From the NCBI GenBank assembly GCA_963801355.1, contig CAWDEM010000008.1, forward strand, positions 1,312,001-1,376,000: 64,000 nt of DNA, given 5' to 3'. The translations under genes were made by a program, and so were the position numbers. A model generated the notes under the pieces. The model did no database searches. It was not told where the DNA came from and was given only the letters and a program-made list of their open reading frames with translations. This stretch comes from Ignavibacteriota bacterium. GTDB lineage: Bacteria; Bacteroidota; Ignavibacteria; UBA10030; UBA6906. Each line of letters starts with the position of its first letter. The stretch's first letter is position 1. Positions 10,244 to 19,623 of the stretch are shown in pieces.

Positions 10244-12073
10244 TCATAGGACAGAGGCAGTCCGGTAAGTGATCACGACTCTGCAGATCTGCACTCCCTC
10301 ACGCATCGGGATTTTGACAAAGCGGGTGCCGGGAGGAAGTTGATCCGATGTAAATGATACCGCGTCGTGGAACCTGTAATCATTCGGGCCAAACCGGTAC
10401 ATCCGGGACTTCAGGGGAACGTCTTTGAGCATTCCCAGCGCGGAGTCGGCAGCGGCAGCCAGAGTGAGACCGTCACCCGCGCAGACGGCATCGATCGCGA
10501 CAGACAAGGCTTCCCCCGGAGTCTTGTACAGGATATAGCTCCCCTCTTTTCCCTCAAGCCTGCTTCTGTCTTCTTTTGCCTGCCGGATGTTCTGAAAGGT
10601 CAGGAGTCTCAGATCGCCGTCCTTCTGAAACACCCGGTCAAAGGAATCCATCTCGTCCACAAGAGCCGAGGCATGGACCGTGATCGGTCCGACGATATTC
10701 GAATAGTCGGAGATCCCGGATTCATTTCTTGCCTGCACGCGATAGAAGTAGCGCCCCCCGATGGCGGCGTCCTCATCGTTGAACAGAGGTCTGTACTGGT
10801 ACCTGCTCTCGTCGACATCCGTGGCGACAACGCTCCACTCGAGGGAGTCGGCATGCCTCCGTTCCACCGCATACGACCGCGCTCCGACAGAACCCCTCCA
10901 TGAAAGTGCCGACACATCGTTGCACTCAAGAAGAATAGGTGCGGCGGGCAGAGGCATGCGCGGAGGCAATACCCCGTCAATCTCATGTGCTTTGTCACGT
11001 ATGAGGCTCAGGACCATGCGCTCGTCGTAGGCATCGCCGTCGGGGAATCCGGGCCAGCGGTATGACGAGTACCCGTTGTATTCGTAGTGATGATAGAATC
11101 CGCCATCCCGGTTGCGAAACCGCAGACTCCACAGCAAGCCCCCGGTCAAACCCAGACGAATAATGGTGTCGGTGATTGCCCGGATGTCCTGCGTGGGAAC
11201 AATGCCGTACTCCCCGATGAAATAGGGTTTCTTCCCCTTCACCTTTTCCCAATTCGAGACGATTGCGTCAAGCGACACGCGGGGATCGCGATAGTGATGC
11301 GTGCTGAGGATATCAAGATCGGGATTGTCTATGGCGTCCTGGGATAACTCCCGCGCATGCGTACCCTCGATGAGGAGATGGTTTCTGTCCTGGCTTTTGA
11401 TGTACGCGGCAATCTCTCTTGTCCATGAGAACGGAGTCACGAGCTCGTTGCCGGTTTCCCATGCCAGGATCGCCTTGTCATTTTTGTAGGGGATGCCGGT
11501 GAAGGTGTTCCGGCGGTTGATCACGAAGTGGATGGTGCTCTTTACATCCGCGATAAGTTCGGGGTCAACCCAGAATTCATCGGCGGCTTTTCCGCGGAAC
11601 GCGGCATACTCACGCGGTCCACCCCACCACCGCCAGTTATCAACGAAGGGTATGATGAGGCGCACGCCGGTCTCATTGGCGATCTGCAGAACCTTATCCA
11701 GAGCCCTGAATGCTTCTTCATTGAACTTCCCCGGCGCCTCGACATGCCGGATGATGTCAGGTCTGTCGTCTTCCCTGCGGACCGAGAGTACATAGATGCG
11801 TGCAACCTTGCCGCCGATTTGCCTGATGGCGCCCAGGGCATCGCGTATCTCGAACTCGTCGGGGAGCCTCCAGGGGTTCGTGCCGGAAAATGGGAAATAG
11901 TCTTCGACGTAGTGGAGATTCGGCACGTTGAAGGATATGAAACGGTATGGGCTGCCCCCCTCCAGCAACCTGTCACCGTCCCGGATGATGAAGTCATTGA
12001 ACTGCGCCGGCGCACTGCCCCTAAAAAGCAGCATGAGGATGGAAAACAGCAAGGCTGTAAAACGAGAGCTCAT
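10244..12073 (-). CDS. GH5 endo-beta-mannanase with FN3-like and C-terminal domains, secreted
   Basis: Signal peptide; DNWRWWGG, AWETGNE (acid/base), HHY, IGEYG (nucleophile); FN3-like YFYRVQARN. Confidence 0.85.
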   Translation of the reverse strand: MSSRFTALLFSILMLLFRGSAPAQFNDFIIRDGDRLLEGGSPYRFISFNVPNLHYVEDYFPFSGTNPWRLPDEFEIRDALGAIRQIGGKVARIYVLSVRREDDRPDIIRHVEAPGKFNEEAFRALDKVLQIANETGVRLIIPFVDNWRWWGGPREYAAFRGKAADEFWVDPELIADVKSTIHFVINRRNTFTGIPYKNDKAILAWETGNELVTPFSWTREIAAYIKSQDRNHLLIEGTHARELSQDAIDNPDLDILSTHHYRDPRVSLDAIVSNWEKVKGKKPYFIGEYGIVPTQDIRAITDTIIRLGLTGGLLWSLRFRNRDGGFYHHYEYNGYSSYRWPGFPDGDAYDERMVLSLIRDKAHEIDGVLPPRMPLPAAPILLECNDVSALSWRGSVGARSYAVERRHADSLEWSVVATDVDESRYQYRPLFNDEDAAIGGRYFYRVQARNESGISDYSNIVGPITVHASALVDEMDSFDRVFQKDGDLRLLTFQNIRQAKEDRSRLEGKEGSYILYKTPGEALSVAIDAVCAGDGLTLAAAADSALGMLKDVPLKSRMYRFGPNDYRFHDAVSFTSDQLPPGTRFVKIPMREGVQICRVVITYRTASVL

Positions 12074-12144
12074 TAGGCGTAGCCCGGAAGGTCAAGGGAA
12101 CCATCTGTGCCCGTACAGGCACATTTCTCCCCACGTACACGGCG

Positions 12145-12160
12145 GCAAGCTTAGTGCCAA
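12145..12160 (-). promoter_or_regulatory. sigma54 (RpoN) -24/-12 promoter for the mannanase-TBDR operon
   Basis: - strand TTGGCAC-TAAGC-TTGC, matches TGGCAC-N5-TTGC, about 70 bp upstream of ATG 12073. Confidence 0.8.
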
Positions 12161-12251
12161 ACTGGGAGAACGAGCTTTCGCCCAATTGAACGGTAAAATA
12201 ACGGAAAAAGCAAGCTGAACCTCTCCGCAATGCCCATCTGTAATCCCCGAA

Positions 12252-12268
12252 AATATCATAGTAATAAG
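12252..12268. promoter_or_regulatory. AT-rich 7-3-7 palindrome, putative activator site (copy 1)
   Basis: AATATCA-TAG-TAATAAG; similar to copies at 19494 and 24163. Confidence 0.6.
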
Positions 12269-12388
12269 GTATGCTCAAAATGATAAAACCGGGGCCAACC
12301 GCAACCGCATTGCCAGCCCTAAACGACACAACAAAGCGAGAACGGTTTTTGCATATTTAAAGATAATTCAATCTGAAAGGAAAGCACC

Positions 12389-13615
12389 GTGACACATCGC
12401 TTCCGGGTCGCATGCGCAGTCCTGTTCCTACTCCCCTGCGTCACCTTCACACCCCTCCGGGCACAGAAATTCGATGGTCTTGCATTGACGCCGCCGATGG
12501 GGTGGAACAGTTGGAACAAGTTCGGTTGCGCTGTCGACGAGCAGTTGATCCGCGGGACGGCCGATGCCATGGTCTCGCGCGGGATGATTGCCGCCGGGTA
12601 CCGCTATCTTGTGATTGACGATTGCTGGCAGGGGCAACGGGACAGCCTCGGGTGGATTCGATCCGATCCGCTGCGGTTTCCCTCCGGCATGAAAGCCCTG
12701 GCGGATTACGTACATTCCAAAGGGTTGAAGTTCGGCATTTACTCCTGTGCCGGCAACCAGACATGTGCGGGCTATGCCGGCAGTCGCGGACACGAGTACC
12801 AGGACGCGCTGACCTATGCACTTTGGGGAGTCGATTACCTCAAGTACGATTGGTGCAACACCACCGGGCTGAATGCCGCTACGGCGTACGCGACAATGCG
12901 CGATGCCTTGTTTGCAGCGGGAAGACCCATTGTGTTCAGCATCTGCGAGTGGGGAGACAACCAGCCCTGGCTCTGGGGAAAAGAGGTCGGCCATCTCTGG
13001 CGCACCACCGGCGACATCGCCCCCTGTTTCGATTGCGAAGTCAACCACGGCACCTGGTCTTCCTGGGGGATCATGAAAATCGTCGATATCCGCAAGGGCA
13101 TCAGGCAGTACTCGGGTCCGGACCACTGGAACGACCCCGACATGCTCGAAATTGGCAATGGCATGACCGTCAACGAAGACCGGGTCCATTTTTCCATCTG
13201 GTGCATGATGGCCGCCCCCTTGATCGCCGGAAATGACATCATGTCCATGAGCGCGCCGACGCTGGAGATCCTGACGAACCGCGAGGTGATTGCCGTTGAT
13301 CAGGATTCGCTGGGCGTCCAGGGATTTCGCTACACTACCACACCCGAAGGCATCGAAGTGTGGGTGAAACCACTCGTGCGCGGTGATTGGGCTTTCTGCC
13401 TCCTCAATCGTTCCGAAACGGCTCGCGCCATACATGTCAAATGGCCGGAGTACAAACTGAGCGACGATATCTCCAAGCAGGCATTGGATCCCGGCATAGC
13501 CACTTTTGCCATCCGGGATCTCTGGAAGCAGCAGTCACTCGGGAACACACAGCAGGTGCTGCGTGCCACGATTCCTCCGAAAGATGTGCTGATGATGCGC
13601 CTCACGAAGCAGTAG
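12389..13615 (+). CDS. GH27 alpha-galactosidase
   Basis: TPPMGWNSWN, IDDCWQ, DYLKYDWC, WRTTGDI, WNDPDMLE, APLIAGND; signal peptide. Confidence 0.95.
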   Translation: MTHRFRVACAVLFLLPCVTFTPLRAQKFDGLALTPPMGWNSWNKFGCAVDEQLIRGTADAMVSRGMIAAGYRYLVIDDCWQGQRDSLGWIRSDPLRFPSGMKALADYVHSKGLKFGIYSCAGNQTCAGYAGSRGHEYQDALTYALWGVDYLKYDWCNTTGLNAATAYATMRDALFAAGRPIVFSICEWGDNQPWLWGKEVGHLWRTTGDIAPCFDCEVNHGTWSSWGIMKIVDIRKGIRQYSGPDHWNDPDMLEIGNGMTVNEDRVHFSIWCMMAAPLIAGNDIMSMSAPTLEILTNREVIAVDQDSLGVQGFRYTTTPEGIEVWVKPLVRGDWAFCLLNRSETARAIHVKWPEYKLSDDISKQALDPGIATFAIRDLWKQQSLGNTQQVLRATIPPKDVLMMRLTKQ

Positions 13616-13652
13616 ATCCATCACCCCAATGATCGTCATCAGGGAGATCACT

Positions 13653-14741
13653 ATGCGGATGCCGTTCAGTACTGCCCTCATTCTCGCCTGCGTCCTGGGA
13701 TGTGCGCAACTCCCCCTCCAGTTCACCTTCGCTCAGACGAATCCACAGTACAAGTGGTGGAACCAGCCGTATGCCGGAATGCCACAGGCAAGTGCCTCGG
13801 CGAAGGTCTTACCCCTGATCAGCGTCAGAGGTACGAGGTTCGTCGCACCCCCGGGAGACACCGTGATGTTCCGGGGCGTGGCACTCGCTGACCCCGACAA
13901 GATTGAGGCCCAGGGGCACTGGAACAAGAGCTTATTTGCCAGAGTGAAGGATATGGGGGCCACTGTCGTCCGCATTCCCGTCCACCCGATTGCATGGCGT
14001 GAGCGCACTCCGGGAAAATATCTGCAGCTGCTTGATCAGGCGGTTGAATGGTGCACGGAGCTCGGCATCTACGTCATGATCGATTGGCATTCCATCGGAA
14101 ATTTAAAAATGGGGCTCTTCCAGGATCCGGCGTACAACACCACGGAGCAGGAGACATATGAGTTCTGGCGCACCATCGCCCGGCATTTCAAGGGACACAA
14201 TACTCCCGCATTCTACGAACTCTTCAATGAACCTACCCTCTACAACGGCGAGCTGGGCAGGATGTCGTGGAGCGAGTGGAAGCAGATCAACGAGAACATG
14301 ATCAGCCTCATCCGGGCATTTGACCGGGAGAAGATCATTCTGGTTGCGGGACTTGACTGGGCGTACGATCTCACACCCATCCTCATTGAGCCTATCGAGG
14401 CCGAAGGCATCGGCTACGTTTCCCATCCCTACCCGCATAAACGCACAAAGCCCTTCGAGCCCAAGTGGGAGGAGAACTTCGGCTTCGCCGCCGGCCGGTA
14501 TCCCGTCGTGGTCACGGAGTTCAGCTTCACGCTCGGCAAGGGAGGCCTTGCCGACAACGCCGAGTACGGAGCCGCAATCATCAACTACCTGGAGGCAAAG
14601 GGCATCAGCTGGGTGGCATGGATTTTTGATCCCGATTGGTATCCGCGGCTGTTTGAATCATGGACGACATACAAACTCACGGAGGCCGGGGAGTTCTTCA
14701 AGCAGGCGATGGTGACAAGAGGAGCGAAGCAGATGAAGTAG
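13653..14741 (+). CDS. GH5 endoglucanase/mannanase-like glycoside hydrolase
   Basis: RIPVHP, IDWH, YELFNEP, HPYP, VVTEF; signal peptide; start 13653 chosen for its GGGAG RBS. Confidence 0.88.
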   Translation: MRMPFSTALILACVLGCAQLPLQFTFAQTNPQYKWWNQPYAGMPQASASAKVLPLISVRGTRFVAPPGDTVMFRGVALADPDKIEAQGHWNKSLFARVKDMGATVVRIPVHPIAWRERTPGKYLQLLDQAVEWCTELGIYVMIDWHSIGNLKMGLFQDPAYNTTEQETYEFWRTIARHFKGHNTPAFYELFNEPTLYNGELGRMSWSEWKQINENMISLIRAFDREKIILVAGLDWAYDLTPILIEPIEAEGIGYVSHPYPHKRTKPFEPKWEENFGFAAGRYPVVVTEFSFTLGKGGLADNAEYGAAIINYLEAKGISWVAWIFDPDWYPRLFESWTTYKLTEAGEFFKQAMVTRGAKQMK

Positions 14742-14773
14742 CCCGTGTGCGGACAAAGACATAAAGGGATGAT

Positions 14774-17218
14774 ATGACATACGGACACTTTGACGATAAG
14801 AAGCGTGAATATATTATCAGCCGGCCGGACACTCCGCTGCCATGGATCAACTATCTGGGGTGCGAGGAGTACTTCGGGATCATCTCGAACACTGCGGGAG
14901 GCTACTCGTTCTACCGCGATGCGAGGTTGCGCCGCCTGACCCGGTACCGCTACAACAACGTTCCGTTCGACACGGGCGGACGCTACATCTATCTACGTGA
15001 CAACGCCGATGGCTCCTTCTGGTCCCCTTCATGGCAGCCGACCAGACACGCTGTTGAAGGCTACTCCTGCCGTCACGGCATGGGATACAGCATCATCGGG
15101 TCCACATATCATCGCATCAAGTCGGAGACCCTCTACTTTGTGCCGCTCGGCGAAAATCTGGAAATCTGGCGGCTGAAGATCACCAACCTCCGCCGGAAGC
15201 CGGCCCGCCTGTCGGTATTCAGCTGCATCGAGTTCTGCCTCTGGGACGCGCAGGATGACGCAACGAATTTCCAGCGCAACTTCAGCACGGGTGAAGTAGA
15301 GATCGATAACGGCGTGATCTACCACAAGACGGAATACCGCGAGCGCCGGAACCACTTCGCCTATTTCGCCTCCTCGATCAAGCCCGCAGGATACGACACA
15401 CAGCGCGATACCTTTCTCGGTCCGTACCGCAATTGGGATCGGCCGGTCGTCGTTGAACGGGGACGGTCCGCCAATTCCCATGCGCACGGATGGGCACCGA
15501 TCGGTTCGCATCACATCCGGGTGAACCTGAAAGCAGGAGAAACCCGTGAGATTGTCTTCGTCCTGGGATATCATGAGAATCCTGAGGACCGCAAGTTCGC
15601 GCGCGCGGGGTCACAGACAATCAACAAAGCCACGGTCAGGCCGACGATCGCGAAATACCTGAAGCACGGTGCAGTCGAGCGCGCGTTCACGGAGCTTGGC
15701 CGGCATTGGGATCGCCTGCTCGGCGTCTATCAGGCAAAGACCCCCGACAGGCACACCAACAGGATGGTGAATATCTGGAACGCGTACCAGTGCATGGCCA
15801 CATTCAACATGTCGAGGTCGGCCTCCTTCTACGAATCGGGCATCGGGCGCGGCTTGGGGTTCCGCGACTCCAATCAAGATCTCCTGGGCTTCGTGCAGAT
15901 GGTGCCGGAGCGCGCCCGCGAGCGCATACTTGACCTGGCTGCCACGCAGCTCGATACCGGCGGGGCATACCATCAATACCAGCCGCTTACCAAACGCGGC
16001 AACAATGATATTGGCAGCAACTTCAATGATGATCCGCTCTGGCTTGTGCTCGGCGTTGCGGCCTATCTCAAGGAGACGGGCGACCAGGCGATTCTGGACG
16101 AACCCGTTCCGTATGACAACCGGCCCGGCAGCGCCACGCCGCTCTACGAGCACCTCGAGCGAAGCATACAGTATACGCTCGACCGACTCGGCCCTCATGG
16201 CCTGCCCCTCATCGGCCGGGCGGATTGGAATGATTGCCTCAACCTGAACTGCTTCTCCGACACACCCGGGCAGTCGTTTCAAACGACGACAAACAAGGAT
16301 GGAAAGACGGCCGAGTCAGTCTTCATCGGCGGGATGTTCGTGCTGGCCGCAAACGAGCTTGCCGTGATCGCCGGGCGGCGCGGATTGGAGTCCAAGGCTC
16401 AGGAATATCGCGAAGCCGCCTTGAAGATGGGCGCGACAGTCGGGACCTCCGGGTGGGACGGTGCGTGGTTCCTCCGCGCTTACGATGACTTCGGGAATAA
16501 GGTGGGCTCAAACGAATGCACAGAAGGCAAGATCTTCATTGAACCCCAGGGATTCTGCATCATCGCCGGCATCGGCCTGTCAGACGGACGGGCGCGCGTC
16601 GCACTGGATTCCGTGAAACGTCATCTTGCCACCGGACATGGAATCATGTTGCAACAACCGGCATTTTCGCATTACTACCTGAACCTGGGCGAGATCTCTT
16701 CCTACCCTCCGGGGTACAAGGAAAATGCAGGGATCTTCTGCCACAACAATCCCTGGATCATGATTGCCGAGACCATGGTCGGCAACGGAGACCGGGCGTT
16801 CGACTACTACCGGCGCATCAATCCGTCGGCACGGGAGAAGATCATCGCGCTCCATCGCTGCGAGCCGTACGTGTATGCACAGATGATCGCCGGCAAAGAC
16901 GCACCGACACACGGTGAAGCGAAAAATTCCTGGCTTACGGGAACGGCCGCATGGAACTACGTCGCCATCACCCAGCATATCCTCGGCATACGTCCGACAT
17001 ACGATGGACTCATGGTGGCGCCGGTCATCCCGGCTGCATGGAAGGGATTTTCCGCAACCCGCATCTTCAAAGGGGTGCACTACCACATCACGGTCAAACG
17101 GAGGGGCACGGGAAACACGGTGCATCTTACCGTGGAAGGCAGGAAGGTGGAAGGGAATATCATACCCCCACCACCTCCAGGTGTTACAAAGGTCTCGGTT
17201 GTAGCGATGCTGGAATAA
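14774..17218 (+). CDS. GH94 phosphorylase, probable cellobiose phosphorylase
   Basis: GHFDDKKREY, GRGLGFRDSNQD, GRADWNDCLNL, YPPGYKENAGIFCHNNPW, NSWLTGTAAW. Confidence 0.93.
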   Translation: MTYGHFDDKKREYIISRPDTPLPWINYLGCEEYFGIISNTAGGYSFYRDARLRRLTRYRYNNVPFDTGGRYIYLRDNADGSFWSPSWQPTRHAVEGYSCRHGMGYSIIGSTYHRIKSETLYFVPLGENLEIWRLKITNLRRKPARLSVFSCIEFCLWDAQDDATNFQRNFSTGEVEIDNGVIYHKTEYRERRNHFAYFASSIKPAGYDTQRDTFLGPYRNWDRPVVVERGRSANSHAHGWAPIGSHHIRVNLKAGETREIVFVLGYHENPEDRKFARAGSQTINKATVRPTIAKYLKHGAVERAFTELGRHWDRLLGVYQAKTPDRHTNRMVNIWNAYQCMATFNMSRSASFYESGIGRGLGFRDSNQDLLGFVQMVPERARERILDLAATQLDTGGAYHQYQPLTKRGNNDIGSNFNDDPLWLVLGVAAYLKETGDQAILDEPVPYDNRPGSATPLYEHLERSIQYTLDRLGPHGLPLIGRADWNDCLNLNCFSDTPGQSFQTTTNKDGKTAESVFIGGMFVLAANELAVIAGRRGLESKAQEYREAALKMGATVGTSGWDGAWFLRAYDDFGNKVGSNECTEGKIFIEPQGFCIIAGIGLSDGRARVALDSVKRHLATGHGIMLQQPAFSHYYLNLGEISSYPPGYKENAGIFCHNNPWIMIAETMVGNGDRAFDYYRRINPSAREKIIALHRCEPYVYAQMIAGKDAPTHGEAKNSWLTGTAAWNYVAITQHILGIRPTYDGLMVAPVIPAAWKGFSATRIFKGVHYHITVKRRGTGNTVHLTVEGRKVEGNIIPPPPPGVTKVSVVAMLE

Positions 17219-17230
17219 GCGATTCTTTTA

Positions 17231-19264
17231 CTACCAGTCGTCAGTCCTGAATGACGGCGCGGGTAGTCCCGCACTGTTGAAGAGCGTGGCTTCCGGCGTA
17301 TTCTCAAATGCGTAACGCACGGCAAGCGGTTGACGGATGTCCGCGTTGGACACCTCCAACCTCTGTCCACGGATCCTCACCACGGCGTCTTTGAACACCT
17401 TATCCGGTCCCGCAATCTGGAAGCCGTTCCCCTTGACTCCCTCCTTCAGCACAAGCCCATTCTCCGCATGGTCGAAGGACAGCTCGATGCTTCCATCGCG
17501 GACGATCCAGGACCTGCAAATAGGCCCGGAGTACTCCAGATCGCGTCCGTACGTCTTGGCCATGGCCCATAGGGCGAGGCGGTGGCCGACATCCTTCTTA
17601 TTCGCGGGATGAATATTCTTTGCATCCCCGATGTCCATTGTCACAGCCATGCCGGTATTCTTCACGGAGAGCGTGGCGGTCTGTGCTTCGCGCAGCAATT
17701 GCGATTGCGTTGCGGTGCCGTAGTCGTATGGAGCTATCTGAACGTAATAGAACGGGAAATCTTCCAGCGCGAAACTCGTTCTCCAGTCTTCAATCAGAAG
17801 AGGAAAGAGCGTTTTGTATTGCAGCGCTCGGCCGGCATTGTCTTCGCCCTGATACCATATCGCTCCTTTGATCGCAAACGGAACGAGCGGCGAGATCATC
17901 CCGTTGTACAGTGCCGTGGGTGTATCCTCGGAGATATCGAGAGGCGAGCGCGGCCGGGTTTCGTACTTATTCCCAAGAGGCCCGAACACAAATAATGAGT
18001 CCCCCATGAGCTCGGCGACCGGAACGTACTTCCAATCGCCGGCAAGGGAGAGCGTATCACCTCCCTGGGCAGGCCGCAGGAGCATGGATGCCGGTTCACC
18101 GTACATGCCGCCACCACCCTGATTGTCGACTACGCGAACAGCGATGCTCATTGCGGGGCGGTCCACGATGGAACCCGGGACGGGGTAGATCCGTTTGGCA
18201 TTATAGTAACCTGTGACTTCATAGCCGCCGACCCTGGTGCCGTTGACGAACGTGACATCCATGTCGTCAATCGGTCCAAGCTCCAGCACCAGATTCTTGC
18301 CCACCCATTCGGGGGGAATGGCGATGTTCTTTCTAAACCAGACGACCCCGTCGAAGTTGCCCATCTCACTCTTTTCCCAGAGCGCAGGCAAGCGCATGGT
18401 TTTCCAGGCGGCGTCATCGTACGAGCGGGCTGCGCATGCGCTGTCCCCGCAAGGAAGTGCCCGCCATCTGTTCTCGGCCGGTCTGGCCTTTACGTCGATT
18501 GCAGGATACTCGCGGAGCCAGAGCTCCGTCCGGCGCCGGGCCTCCGCACACGCAGGAAGCATGCTTAACGCCTTGGAAAACTCCGGGACACGGGCGAGAG
18601 ACCGGGCGCTGGTCCACGCTTCCACAGGGGTCCCTCCCCAGCTGGAATGGATCAAACCGATGGGCACACCAAGTGCCTTGTGAAGTTCCTTGCCGAAGAA
18701 AAAGGCGGTTGCACTGAAATCCCCGACATTCGCAGGTGAGCACTCCTCCCAGGAAGCGTTGCCCTCGGACTCGGGGACGGCGGAATACGTCCGACGCACG
18801 GTGCACAGCCGGATGTTCGGATACGCCGCAGCTCCGATCTCCTCCGCTGCTGACTGCACAGTGTCTCTTGGCGGCCACCCCGACAGAGGCATTTCCATAT
18901 TCGATTGACCCGAGCAGAGCCACACTTCGCCGGTCAATACGTTGGTGACCATCGTCGCCGTGCTGTCGTGCCTAATTTCCAGCGTGTAGGGTCCTCCCGC
19001 GCCCGGTGTCTGGAGTTTCACCATCCACCTGCCGTCGGGTTCAACGAGCGATTCTGCGGTCCTCCCCCAAGACGCACGGATGACAATCGGTGTCCCCGGC
19101 GTCCCGCGGCCCCAGAGGGGAACATTGCTTTCCTGCTGAAGCACCATATTGTCTTTGATGAGAGGGGCCAGGCTGAACGCCGCGGGTTGGCTGAGTGCTG
19201 GCGCATAGATTGCCGTAGAACACAGCACACAAAGTGCGAGTAGAATGAAGAATCGATGGTTCAT
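17231..19264 (-). CDS. Sialate O-acetylesterase (SASA)-family carbohydrate esterase with inserted beta-sandwich
   Basis: GEVWLCSGQSNM, WGGTPVEAW, IWYQGE, NIHPANK, PSFRTDDW; signal peptide. Confidence 0.9.
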   Translation of the reverse strand: MNHRFFILLALCVLCSTAIYAPALSQPAAFSLAPLIKDNMVLQQESNVPLWGRGTPGTPIVIRASWGRTAESLVEPDGRWMVKLQTPGAGGPYTLEIRHDSTATMVTNVLTGEVWLCSGQSNMEMPLSGWPPRDTVQSAAEEIGAAAYPNIRLCTVRRTYSAVPESEGNASWEECSPANVGDFSATAFFFGKELHKALGVPIGLIHSSWGGTPVEAWTSARSLARVPEFSKALSMLPACAEARRRTELWLREYPAIDVKARPAENRWRALPCGDSACAARSYDDAAWKTMRLPALWEKSEMGNFDGVVWFRKNIAIPPEWVGKNLVLELGPIDDMDVTFVNGTRVGGYEVTGYYNAKRIYPVPGSIVDRPAMSIAVRVVDNQGGGGMYGEPASMLLRPAQGGDTLSLAGDWKYVPVAELMGDSLFVFGPLGNKYETRPRSPLDISEDTPTALYNGMISPLVPFAIKGAIWYQGEDNAGRALQYKTLFPLLIEDWRTSFALEDFPFYYVQIAPYDYGTATQSQLLREAQTATLSVKNTGMAVTMDIGDAKNIHPANKKDVGHRLALWAMAKTYGRDLEYSGPICRSWIVRDGSIELSFDHAENGLVLKEGVKGNGFQIAGPDKVFKDAVVRIRGQRLEVSNADIRQPLAVRYAFENTPEATLFNSAGLPAPSFRTDDW

Positions 19265-19278
19265 CGTCGTGTGCCTCG

Positions 19279-19407
19279 TGATGTTCTTTATGATGTCTTC
19301 ATGGTGTTTTATAGGATGCCTTCATGTGCTCATCATGGGGTTCTATAGGATGCTTTCATCTGCTCATCATGGCGTTCTTCACGATGCCTTTCACGGTGTT
19401 CTTCATC
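19279..19407. repeat. Degenerate 11-12 bp tandem repeat containing a 34-bp higher-order duplication
   Basis: 19301-19334 ATGGTGTTTTATAGGATGCCTTCATGTGCTCATC vs 19335-19368 ATGGGGTTCTATAGGATGCTTTCATCTGCTCATC (4 mismatches). Confidence 0.75.
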
Positions 19408-19493
19408 CTAACCAATGTGATGTGTTCCATAATGCCATTGAGATGCCGCGCCTGGAGCAGCTTATGCTCTTTCCGATTGCTCGGGCGGGGCTG

Positions 19494-19510
19494 ATTATTA
19501 TCCTAATAAT
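19494..19510. promoter_or_regulatory. AT-rich 7-3-7 palindrome (copy 2)
   Basis: ATTATTA-TCC-TAATAAT, perfect arms. Confidence 0.65.
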
Positions 19511-19542
19511 GCTTTCCTTCATTGAGAAGGCGCTCGCATTTC

Positions 19543-19558
19543 TGGCACTGTGCGTGCA
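19543..19558 (+). promoter_or_regulatory. sigma54 promoter for the GH5_7-like gene
   Basis: TGGCAC-TGTGC-GTGCA (GG-N10-GC spacing), about 60 bp upstream of the start. Confidence 0.7.
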
Positions 19559-19623
19559 AAACTTCCGGTGGAATTAAACATAGGATCCGCCACATTGAAA
19601 CGCAAGGACCTCCCATGCACCCG

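Noticed and set aside
19494-19510. Fur box reading of the AT-rich palindrome
   Set aside because: Fur is TGATAAT-N-ATTATCA (7-1-7); here the arms are in the opposite order with a 3-bp spacer and the genes are carbohydrate-related.
19245-19577. His-rich small ORF (HHGVLHDAFHGVLH)
   Set aside because: By-product of the 12-bp repeat; overlaps the esterase start, the palindrome and the promoter.
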